Shown piece after piece: positions 1-8,821 of a stretch of 64,000 nucleotides of DNA. The notes under the pieces are model-generated. The model did not search any database, had not been told where the DNA came from, and saw only the letters and a list, made by a program, of their open reading frames with translations. Where the stretch lies: positions 65,842 through 129,841 of the forward strand of contig CAWIEK010000050.1 of NCBI GenBank assembly GCA_963835065.1. The letters run 5' to 3'. How positions within the stretch are numbered: position 1 is the stretch's first letter; the number at the start of each line of letters is the position of its first letter. Position numbers and translations under genes: made by a program. This DNA comes from an uncultured Chthonomonadaceae bacterium (GTDB lineage: Bacteria > Armatimonadota > Chthonomonadetes > Chthonomonadales > Chthonomonadaceae).

Positions 1-1
1 G

Positions 2-280
2 GACGGCGTGAATTTGAAACTGATGAAGTGCGGCGGCCTGCGCGAAGCCCTGCGCATCATCCACACCGCCCGCGCCCACGACTTGAAACTGATGATCGGC
101 TGCATGTCGGAAACCTCGCTGGCAATCACGGCTGCCGCGCAATTGGGTTCACTCGTGGACGAACTCGATCTCGACAGCCATCTCAACCTCAACCCCGATC
201 CGTTTACAGGCGCGGCCTACGCTGAGGGAATTATAACGCCTACAAACGCGCCCGGTTTAGGCGTTGAGCCTGCACTATGA
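2..280 (+). CDS. C-terminal fragment of an enolase-superfamily enzyme (MR/MLE / dipeptide-epimerase-like); 5' end outside window
   Basis: Frame open from window edge to TGA 278-280. Peptide KLMKCGGLREAL...LMIGCMSETSLAITAAAQL...APGLGVEP resembles the C-terminal barrel part of MR/MLE-type epimerases. Confidence 0.6.
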   Translation, partial: DGVNLKLMKCGGLREALRIIHTARAHDLKLMIGCMSETSLAITAAAQLGSLVDELDLDSHLNLNPDPFTGAAYAEGIITPTNAPGLGVEPAL

Positions 281-321
281 ACAACCCAACACCTAATCAA
301 TCCTTAACTACGAACGTAATT

Positions 322-465
322 CTTCACCACCAAGGCGCTAAGAACACCAAGAAGAACGCGAAAAAGGACGTTGTGAAATTGTAGGCGAGAACGCAAACGT
401 CTCCGGTTCGGTGCCTTTTTAGTTGCCTGTTTTCTCTTGGTGTTCTTGGCGTCTTGGTGGTGAAG
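322..465. repeat. Imperfect inverted repeat: two ~34-nt arms of degenerate short tandem units (322-356 and 432-465), spacer ~75 nt
   Basis: Left arm cttcaccaccaaggcgctaagaacaccaagaagaa. The reverse complement of the right arm is cttcaccaccaagacgccaagaacaccaagagaa. Confidence 0.7.
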
Positions 466-495
466 AGTTATCTATCAACCAAAACGGAGTTTTCC

Positions 496-1527
496 ATGAC
501 CATACAATGGGGCATTATCGGGTGCGGCGATGTGTGCGAGGTGAAAAGCGGGCCGGCGTTTCAGAATGTGGAGGGCAGCGCGCTTGTAGCCGTGATGCGG
601 CGGGACGGGGCCAAAGCGAAAGATTTCGCCGAACGGCACGGCGTCGGCTTCTGGTCGGACAAAGCGGAAGCTATTATTGCTAATCCACAGGTCAACGCCG
701 TGTATATCGCCACGCCGCCCGGTTCGCACCTGGAATACGCGCTCCAGTCCTGCGCCGCGGGAAAGCCCGCGTATATCGAAAAGCCGATGGCGCGGAGCGC
801 GGGGGAGTGCCGGGAAATGACTGCCGCCTTCGATAAAGCCGGCCTGCCGCTGTTTGTCGCCTATTATCGCCGCGCCCTGCCACGCTTTATCAAGGCAAAG
901 GAACTGATTGAAAGCGGGCGTATCGGGCAGGTGACGGGGGTTTCCTACCGATTTTCGTCGCCTATGCACCGGGACATGAACCCCGCGCATTTGCCCTGGC
1001 GCGTGGCTGCGGAAGAATCAGGAGGAGGCGTGTTTCTCGACCTGGGCTGCCATACGCTCGACATTCTGGGTTTCATGCTCGGCCCGCTGCAAGACGCGCG
1101 GGGCAATGCGGTCAATCTTGCCAGTCCGTACGCTGTGGAAGACAGCGTTGCCATGCAGTTTCGCACAACAAACGGCGCGTTGGGCGTGGCGCAGTGGAAT
1201 TTTGCCGGCCACGTCCGCGAAGATGTCATAGAAATATCCGGCACGGACGGGCGCCTATCGCTGTCTACATTCAGCAATGAGCCGGTGCAGGTGCAGTCGC
1301 AGTCCGGTGACGAGGCGTTAGACCTGCCCAACCCGCGCCACATACAGCAGCCCCTCATCCAAACCATCGTCAATCAACTCAACGGGCAAGGGGAATGTCC
1401 AAGCACGGGGCATACGGCAACCCGCACATCGGAAATAATAGACACGGTGCTGTCCGACTATTACAACGGACGCGACGACGCCTTCTGGGCGCGCCCGCAA
1501 ACCTGGAAACGGAACAGCCGTGAGTAA
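496..1527 (+). CDS. Gfo/Idh/MocA family oxidoreductase
   Basis: ATG 496 lies 6 nt after GGAG. N-terminus MTIQWGIIGCGDV is a Rossmann GxGxxG motif; EKPMA motif present. The track ORF 454..1527 begins at an upstream TTG. Confidence 0.85.
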   Translation: MTIQWGIIGCGDVCEVKSGPAFQNVEGSALVAVMRRDGAKAKDFAERHGVGFWSDKAEAIIANPQVNAVYIATPPGSHLEYALQSCAAGKPAYIEKPMARSAGECREMTAAFDKAGLPLFVAYYRRALPRFIKAKELIESGRIGQVTGVSYRFSSPMHRDMNPAHLPWRVAAEESGGGVFLDLGCHTLDILGFMLGPLQDARGNAVNLASPYAVEDSVAMQFRTTNGALGVAQWNFAGHVREDVIEISGTDGRLSLSTFSNEPVQVQSQSGDEALDLPNPRHIQQPLIQTIVNQLNGQGECPSTGHTATRTSEIIDTVLSDYYNGRDDAFWARPQTWKRNSRE

Positions 1528-1567
1528 CTTGTGCCCTTGTCTTGAACCATGATTTTCAGGATTAACG

Positions 1568-1625
1568 GATTACCATGATTGAGGAGGCGCATCATGGTAA
1601 TCTTCTAATTCTGTTTTTCGTTTAT
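1568..1625 (+). terminator. Rho-independent terminator after the oxidoreductase gene
   Basis: Perfect 12-bp stem gattaccatgat / atcatggtaatc (1568-1579 / 1591-1602) followed by a T-rich tract. Confidence 0.6.
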
Positions 1626-1650
1626 TTCGCATGTTTAGCGGTTCCCCTCT

Positions 1651-1716
1651 CATCTTCTTCTCTTCTTTATCTTCTTCTTTTCTCTGTGACCCCTCTGTGT
1701 CTCTGTGTCTCTGTGG
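1651..1716. repeat. Pyrimidine tract (TCTTCTT-like) followed by an 8-nt tandem repeat CTCTGTGN (1682-1716)
   Basis: Read directly: ctctgtgacccctctgtgtctctgtgtctctgtgg. Confidence 0.7.
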
Positions 1717-1752
1717 TGAACTTGCATCCGCGTTCATTATCCGGTAGGCAGG

Positions 1753-4191
1753 TCAGGCCGCTTGTGGAAGGTCGCTTGGCTCTTCTTGGCTTGCTTTCCG
1801 AGGGCTGCCGGTGTCTTCGGAAGCGGCTATTGTCCATTGCGGCTGTTGTAGGAGGGCATCGAACGCAAGTCCGGGGATTGGTTTGGCGAAGAGATACCCC
1901 TGCCCGAAATCACAGCCCAGGGCCTGCAATTGCGCAAGTTGCTCGGAACTTTCGATGCCCTCGCCCGTGACGTTGAGGTTCATGGCGCGGCACAGCGTAA
2001 TGATGGCTTCCACAATGGCACAGGGCTGCGCGCCCCGGCCCATGACACTTACAAAGGCGCGATCAATTTTTACATTGTCAACGGGCAGCCGCTGCAAATA
2101 CGACAGCGACGAGTACCCCGTGCCGAAATCATCTACGGAAAGTAGGACGCCTAACGCTTTGAGCGCGTTCAGGCGGACAATGGCGGCGTCTATATCTTCC
2201 ATCATCACGCTTTCGGTGATTTCGAGTTTCAAACTGGACGGGGGCAGGCCGGATTCGCGCAGCGTTTCCGCCACGACGCGGCATAAATCCTCGTTTTGCA
2301 GCTGCCGCCCCGAAATGTTGACGCTTATCATAAAGGCTTGGCTTGCGGGATGGTGTTCCTGCCATATTTTCGCCTGTTGACAGGCTTGTGAGAGCACCCA
2401 CGCGCCGAGGGGAACAATCAACCCGGTTTCTTCCGCAATGGGAATGAATTTGGCGGGCGACACAAGCCCGCGCGTGGGATGCTGCCAGCGGGCGAGAGCT
2501 TCGGCTCCGTTGATGACGCCGTTATCCAGGTCTATGATGGGCTGGTAGTAGACGCGAAACTCTTCGTTTTCCAGCGCGTGACGGAGGTCGGCTTCTATCT
2601 CCACGCGCTCGACAACGCGCTCATTCATGGCGCTGTCAAAAACGGCGTAACTGCCCTTGCCGTTGAGTTTGGCCTGGTACATGGCCGTGTCCGCGTCGCG
2701 CAGAACGGTTTCCGTCCACGCGCATTCCCAATGGCTGACGGCGATGCCGATGCTGCCGGTAATGAAAACCTCGCGGGACGCAAGCGGAATAGGAACGCGC
2801 AGACGCTCCAGAATAGCCTCGGCAATGGGCGTTACTTCTTCCGCGCCGGTAACATTTTCCAGCAGAATCGTGAACTCGTCCCCGCCCATGCGCGCAACCG
2901 TGTCTCCCGAACGCGCGCACTCCTGCAAACATTGGGCGACACTGACCAGCAGTTCGTCGCCGGCTTCATGGCCGAGGCTGTCATTGATAAACTTGAAATT
3001 GTCCAGGTCTATGAACATGATGGCGACGGAACTCTGCAACTGTCGGGCGCGGGCGAGGGCTTGTTCGAGGCGGTCGTTGAACAGGGCGCGATTGGGCAGG
3101 CCGCAAAGTCCGTCGTAGTACGCCTGATGGGTGATTTGCTCTTCCAGTTGCTTGCGCTCGGAAATGTCTTTCATGAAGCAGTAGTTGCCCTCATACGCGC
3201 CCGCCGCATCATAAATCGGGTACAAGACAACGTGTTTGTGAAAGACAAAGCCGTCTTCGCGCAGCCCCTGGGCTTCGACTTCGATCTTGCCCTGCCGCCG
3301 CATCTCGCGGAAGGCTTGTTCCATCTTGGACACATCGCCGTACCAGACGCTGCGCTTCCAGTTCATGCCGATGAGGGCTTCCGGCGCGCAGCCGAGCATT
3401 TCGGCATAAGCCGCGTTGACAGAAAGATAACATCCCTGCGCATCTAACTGCGCAATGCCGTCCACAACATTTTCCAGAATGGAATTTGTCGCGCGCAGGG
3501 AAGCCGTTCGCGCTTCCACAAGGCTTTCCAGATCAAGCTTCTGCCGCTCCATACGCGCGTCCCGTTCGCAAACGTCCGCCATTTCTTTGTGGCTCGACAG
3601 GCAGGAGAGGACGAGAAAAATGTCTTCAAAGACAACCCAACCCGCGTGTTCCAGCCAGCGCCAGTGTTCGGGCGCGGCGATGCCGTAAATGGACTGCGGC
3701 CACCACAGGCCGCGCAAAATATGATCCAGGGCGGTGACAACCGTTCCCGTCAGGATCACGCGCCAATCGCGGTAAAAAGCGAGAAACGCCAGCGAGCCGA
3801 AAACGTGAAAGTGAGTTTCGATGCGCCCGCCGCACAGATGAATGAGCAGCGCGGACATCAGCAGTTGTCCCACCGCGACAACGTGGCGAGTCAGCGCCGC
3901 GCCGGAATGAAACAAGCACAGGCATACCGGCGGCAGGGTAATAAGACCGCCCAGGAGAATGGCAGCCCAGACATGAAGATGGGTTTGGCTGGTGGTTCCG
4001 CTCCACGTCCGCGGCGACAGCCAGAAAGCGGCGCAAATGCCGGCAAGCCATTGAAATAGCATCAAGCCGGCAAACACGCGGTCAATACGGCGGTAGAGTT
4101 GAAGTTCGTGTTTCTGGAGCAGCGTCGCGGCGTGCCGGATAACATCGGGGAACGGTTCGCTCCCGGCAAACGCATGGGTTGTCATCAGCAA
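1753..4191 (-). CDS. Membrane-anchored PAS-GGDEF-EAL signalling protein (diguanylate cyclase/phosphodiesterase)
   Basis: 812-aa intact ORF with N-terminal multi-TM region and a PAS-like segment. Motifs RMGGDEFTIL (GGDEF), EALARW and DDFGTGYSSLSYL (EAL). Confidence 0.9.
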   Translation of the reverse strand: MLMTTHAFAGSEPFPDVIRHAATLLQKHELQLYRRIDRVFAGLMLFQWLAGICAAFWLSPRTWSGTTSQTHLHVWAAILLGGLITLPPVCLCLFHSGAALTRHVVAVGQLLMSALLIHLCGGRIETHFHVFGSLAFLAFYRDWRVILTGTVVTALDHILRGLWWPQSIYGIAAPEHWRWLEHAGWVVFEDIFLVLSCLSSHKEMADVCERDARMERQKLDLESLVEARTASLRATNSILENVVDGIAQLDAQGCYLSVNAAYAEMLGCAPEALIGMNWKRSVWYGDVSKMEQAFREMRRQGKIEVEAQGLREDGFVFHKHVVLYPIYDAAGAYEGNYCFMKDISERKQLEEQITHQAYYDGLCGLPNRALFNDRLEQALARARQLQSSVAIMFIDLDNFKFINDSLGHEAGDELLVSVAQCLQECARSGDTVARMGGDEFTILLENVTGAEEVTPIAEAILERLRVPIPLASREVFITGSIGIAVSHWECAWTETVLRDADTAMYQAKLNGKGSYAVFDSAMNERVVERVEIEADLRHALENEEFRVYYQPIIDLDNGVINGAEALARWQHPTRGLVSPAKFIPIAEETGLIVPLGAWVLSQACQQAKIWQEHHPASQAFMISVNISGRQLQNEDLCRVVAETLRESGLPPSSLKLEITESVMMEDIDAAIVRLNALKALGVLLSVDDFGTGYSSLSYLQRLPVDNVKIDRAFVSVMGRGAQPCAIVEAIITLCRAMNLNVTGEGIESSEQLAQLQALGCDFGQGYLFAKPIPGLAFDALLQQPQWTIAASEDTGSPRKASQEEPSDLPQAA

Positions 4192-4428
4192 TTTCTCAGA
4201 GAGTTTCTTTGGAGATTAAGCGAACACCGGCAGGAAGGCCGCAGCCAATCAGCAGTGTCACTTCATAATGAATTATCGGCATGAGAAGCGCTTCCCTTCA
4301 TGCCTCCAACAGACTTAAACAAGGAAATATTTATTAAAATCGGAGGAAAGATGCTTGTGTCAAGAAAAAGCCATGAACGCATTGAGGAAAGACGTTCGTG
4401 CTATACTAATTCAGGAGGGAGTGTACCA

Positions 4429-5827
4429 ATGATTACTTCACTGCGAATAGCAAACTTCAAAGCATGGAAAGATACCGGCGAGTTTCGCCTTGCCCCGATT
4501 ACGGGCTTTTTCGGCACGAACAGTTCCGGCAAAACCAGTATTCTGCAGTTTCTTCTCATGCTAAAGCAAACTGTTGAGTCTCCTGACAGACAGGAAGTTC
4601 TTAACTTTGGAAACTATCAGGAACCGCTTGTTTCGTTAGGAAGCTTTAAAAATGTGGTCTTTCGGACAGCCAACGGTGATACAGCGCAACCTACTATTAC
4701 CGAGCAGCCACTCAAACGCGAATTGCTTGACATCGAATGGAGTTTGTCGTGGGAATTGGGCGGTACACAGGTACTGGATGAAAATACAGAAATTGATGCG
4801 CTTCGTTTTGGGGCTTCTGTTGGCGAGTTGAGGCAGAGTATCGGTATGGAAGTAGGCGCGAAAAAATTTGAGTACCAATACTGCAACCTTGAAATCCGGC
4901 AGCAGCGAAAGCGTAGGTATGCAATACATGGATGATTCCAAGTACCAGTTGATTGTCAATGATCAGCCCATCAGGGATAATCAGGCTAATAATACAAGAT
5001 TTCGTCGGCCCGTGAAATGCTATGGTTTCCCGCCGCAAGTCGCTGCTGACAACCAACAAATTTCATACCTTGATACTCTGGAACTGTACTTTACGCTATT
5101 GTTTAACGATATGTATTATCTGGGGCCATTGCGGGATGCGCCTCAGCGCGAGTACCGGCGGACGGGTACAACCGTTTCAGACGTAGGCAAGCGCGGGGAA
5201 AGAACAATAGACGCTTTGCTGGCTTCAGAAGGAACCGGCTCACAACATCGAACCGCGCGAACACTGGAAGGGCAAGTTGCTTACTGGCTGCGCCAACTGG
5301 GGCTGATTGAAGATTTTCGGGTAAAGCCAATCTCCCAATCAAGCGGCTTGTATGGTGTTGAAGTACGTAAGACAGCAGACTCTCCGTATGTCTTTCTCCC
5401 GGATGTAGGCTTCGGCGTCTCGCAGGTGCTGCCTGTAATCGCTTTGTGCTACTATGCGCCGATGGGTTCTATCCTCCTTCTCGAACAACCCGAACTGCAT
5501 TTGCATCCCGCCGTGCAATCGGGCCTTGCAGACATGTTGATTGCAGCCGCGAAAGAACGGCATCTGCAAATCATTCTGGAGAGTCACAGCGAACATTTGC
5601 TGGCGCGACTGCAGCGCCGCGTCGCTGAAGAAGCCATCCCGCGTGACGACGTACAACTCTACTTTTGTAAACGCGAGGCGGCTGCGGCACATTTGGAGCC
5701 ATTACAGATGAACAACTTCGGCTTCATTACGAACTGGCCTAAAAACTTTTTTGGCGATGAATTGGAGGAAAGGTCGGCAATGATGCTTGCCGCTCTTGCT
5801 CGCCGCGAAAAAGGAGAGGCCGAGTGA
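4429..5827 (+). CDS. ABC/OLD/RecF-like AAA ATPase (AAA_15/21-type, DUF3696-like C-terminus), interrupted by a +1 frame change between 4856 and 4935
   Basis: AGGAGG lies 10 nt before ATG 4429. Walker A FFGTNSSGKTS, YLGPLR motif, Walker B/D-loop ILLLEQPELHLHP, H-loop ILESHSEHLL. The N- and C-terminal halves lie in track ORFs 4300..4935 and 4868..5827. Confidence 0.75.
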
Positions 5828-6333
5828 CAGGAACCGGAGTTGTTACAGATACCAACGTGCTTCTTACGGCCAACGGAAACAACGAGAAGGCTGCTCTGAG
5901 TTGCGTTCGAATTTGTGTCCTGACACTTCTACAAATACAATCCGGCAGCATGGGGTTTGTAGTAGTTGACAATGGATTTCGTATTGTCAGTGAGTACAAC
6001 AACAAACTGACTCCCTATACCGGGCAATTGCCCGGTGACGTGTTTCTAACATGGTTGTTGACCAACTTGTACGACCCTACTGTTTGTGAGAGGGTAGAGA
6101 TAGTACAGAATCATCAGAGCAATGATCCCAATGACTTCATAGAGTTTCCTGCCGATCCCGCGCTGGCAAAATTTGACGCTTCCGATAGAAAATTCATTGC
6201 CGTTGCGCTCACCAGTCAATACAAACCGGATATTTTGAACGCAACCGATAGCGACTGGCGTAATTTTCTTGAAGCGTTGCAGGCAAATGGCATAACCGTA
6301 AGATTTCTATGCCCGGAAAGCATGCCAACGTAA
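5824..6333 (+). CDS. PIN-like domain protein (putative nuclease), translationally coupled to the ATPase
   Basis: GTG start overlaps the ATPase stop (GTGA). Acidic PIN-like signature: VVTDTNVLL, FDASDRKFIAVAL, LNATDSDW. Confidence 0.6.
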   Translation: MTGTGVVTDTNVLLTANGNNEKAALSCVRICVLTLLQIQSGSMGFVVVDNGFRIVSEYNNKLTPYTGQLPGDVFLTWLLTNLYDPTVCERVEIVQNHQSNDPNDFIEFPADPALAKFDASDRKFIAVALTSQYKPDILNATDSDWRNFLEALQANGITVRFLCPESMPT

Positions 6334-6358
6334 GAATCAGTCACAATCGGAATAATGT

Positions 6359-7458
6359 TTACTTCGCTCGGAGGGCTTCGCGGGCATAGTCGGCAAGTTC
6401 ATGGGCGCGGTGGGCGGCGGTGTGATGGGCGAGTACGCGCTGGCGGGCGCGTTCCGCAATCGCAGCGCGTTCGGGTTCGGGCAGATTGCGGAGGAAGCGC
6501 AGGGTCTCTTCGGGGGAGCGCGAAACGAGTATTTCCAGGTTGGGAACGAAAAACGTGTCCAGCCCTTCCCAATAGTCGCTGAGGATGGGAACGCCGCAGG
6601 CGGCAGCCTCGAAAAGACGGACGCTTGGCGAGTACCCGGCGCGTATCATGTCGGCGCGGGTGATGTTGAGCGTAAACCGCTGCGAAGTGTAGAATGCCCG
6701 ATGTTCGGCAGGCGGCAGGTGTTCAATGCGCGCGACATTCGCCGGCCAGGCAATGGAAGCGGGATATTGCGGCCCGGCAACCACGAAACGGCCTTCCGAC
6801 CATGCGCGCGCCGGTTCAAGGAGCAATTTTTCGAGCGGCGGCTGACGGTCATCGCTGTACGTTCCCATGTAGCCCAAATCATAATCATAAGCGCTGCGGT
6901 TCGCGTCCGGGAAGTACAAATCGGGGTCAACCGAGCAATACAACGGGCGGGCGGCAGGAGAACCGTACTGCTGTTCCAATCGCGTCAGTGTTGGCCCGCC
7001 CGAAAACGACAGATAGACATTGTAGCGGGGAATCAGTTGCGGGCGTAAGGTACTCGTAATCGCCCCGTTCCAATTTGGACAGCGTAACGGGCGTATCAAT
7101 GTCGTAAAAAGCCGTCGCTGTATGCGCCGTTTGCGTGACCCATTCGCCCACCAAAACGCCTTCGGGCACATACGAGCCGACAATGACAAAATCCGCGTCT
7201 GCGGACGGCGTCGGTAAAGCGGTCGCGCAGTTCTTCGAGGGAGCCATACAGTTCCGTACGTCCGAACGGAGGCGCGGGCATATCGCGATTGGAAGCGTAC
7301 CAGGGCACATCCCGCTCCAAAAACAACACGTCATGCCCCTGCGCGCACAGTTCGCGCGCAAGCCCGCGATACGTGGTCGCGTGTCCATTCCCCCACGAAC
7401 TGGTAATGGACAGGCCAAGAATGACGATATTCAGGCGGTCAGGGGTTGCCAACGTCAT
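6359..7458 (-). pseudogene. CgeB-like glycosyltransferase (DUF3880 / Glyco_trans_1_2 type), two frame changes
   Basis: The sensible peptide runs through three frames: 7458-~7200 (MTLATPDRLNIVILGLSITSSWGNGHATTYRGL), ~7200-7040 (ADADFVIVGSYVPEG...) and 7040-6359 (...VRLFEAAACGVPILSDYWEGL...). It is a paralog of the next gene. Confidence 0.7.
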
Positions 7459-8646
7459 GCGCTCCCTCCTGCCTCAAATGCGGCATTTCCTTCTGAACTC
7501 GCTTCAGCATTTGCTTCGGCGCCTGTTTCCAAATCGGGTTTTCGGCTGGATTGTCCGGGTGCAGACATGAAATGCGCGTCAAGCAAACTTTCCAACTGAA
7601 CGACGCGCTGCGCGTAGGTATGCTGCGCCAGCGCGCGCCGATACGCCGCCTGCCCGATTTCCTGCGCGCGCTCCGGCGTTAAGTCTGCCAGATGCCGCGC
7701 CACTTCCTCGCCCCCCTGCGCCACCAGTATCTCTTTTCCCGGCTCGAAAAATTCTTCGATGCCCTGCCAGTAATCCGTAATCAGACACGCGCCCGCGCCC
7801 GCCGCCTCAAAAACGCGCGTGGCGGGCGAAAACCCGTAACGCGCCATGCTGTCGCGGCTGATGTTCAGCACGGCGCGGGGCGTACAGTTGAAAGAATTGT
7901 GGTCGGGCGTATAAACGTGTCCGGCATAGCGGACATTCGGCGGCATGGCCTTGTCGCCCCACCCACTGCCGCCAAGCAGAAACTGTTTATCGGGCAGCAA
8001 ATGCGCGGCGTGAAGGAAGAACTGCTCCACGCGGGCTTCCCTGTCCGGCAGGCGATTGCCCAAAAATCCCAAATCGGCGGCAAAGCGCGGGTCGGGCGCA
8101 ACGGGATGGTGCGTATCCGGGTCAAGCGCGTTATAAATGGGAACGCACTGCCGCGCGCCCAATTCTTCATAAGCGCGAACAACCGGATTTCCGCCGCCAT
8201 ACGTCAATATCAAATCATAGCGGGGAATCAAAGCGCGAAACGCATCGGATGGATTGGAATGAACCCGCTCCAATGTGGCGGGCGCGTCCACATCCCAAAA
8301 GGCGACGATGGACTCCCGCCTTCTTCACGTCCAGCACCCGCGCTTCCAGCAGTTCATCGAACACGCCCACGCCGCTCGCTTTGACAATCAAATCGGCATC
8401 GCGCGCCTGCTCCAACGCCCTATTTACGCCGTCTTCTCCTTCGCCCGCGTACACGACAACTCGCGCCCAATCCGGGTCTTCCATATCGCGGTGCTGCTGC
8501 CGCTCGTAAGCGTCGGGTTCGTAAAACGTGACGCTATGCCCGCGCCCGTGCAGCGCGCGTATAATGCCCCGATAGTAGGTTGCGGCTCCATTCCAGTACG
8601 CCGACACCAGGCTGGAACCGAAAAAAGCGATGTTCAAACCGTTCAC
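7455..8646 (-). pseudogene. CgeB-like glycosyltransferase, one frame change near 8290-8310
   Basis: N-terminus MNGLNIAFFGSSLVSAYWNGAATYYRGI (ORF 8215..8646) continues as ...FWDVDAPATLERV...VFEAAGAGACLITDYWQGI in ORF 7455..8291. The stop overlaps the next start by 4 nt. Confidence 0.7.
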
Positions 8647-8680
8647 AGGCTTCCTCTTAAACGCGCGAATACGATCTCAC

Positions 8681-8804
8681 CACAGAGGCACAGAGACACA
8701 GAGGGGTCACAGAGGGGGATAGAACAATGAGAGATAGAGCTATCTTATGTGTGTTGGCTTATGGTTATTCGCGTTTATTCGCGTTTATTGGCGTTCATTC
8801 GCGG
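8681..8804. repeat. 8-nt tandem repeat CACAGAGN (8681-8718) and 10-nt tandem repeat TTATTCGCGT x4 (8765-8804) in an operon-internal spacer
   Basis: Read directly: cacagaggcacagagacacagaggggtcacagag and ttattcgcgtttattcgcgtttattggcgttcattcgcgg. Confidence 0.75.
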
Positions 8805-8821
8805 CTATCCTCAAGTTTTGT

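Noticed and set aside
4856-4935. Programmed ribosomal frameshifting in the ATPase gene
   Set aside because: A +1 shift would be needed at A AAA AAT, there is no obvious stimulatory structure or rare-codon context, and many other genes in the window are also frame-broken. An indel is the simpler explanation.
1682-8718. CTCTGTGN array (1682-1716) and its reverse complement CACAGAGN (8681-8718) as boundaries of a 7-kb island or invertible segment containing the ATPase/PIN module
   Set aside because: The right-hand array lies inside an operon spacer, and the CgeB-like genes between the arrays are co-oriented and translationally coupled with the operon outside. No target duplication or recombinase is present. 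The spacing is far larger than for every other pair, so this is probably two independent arrays.
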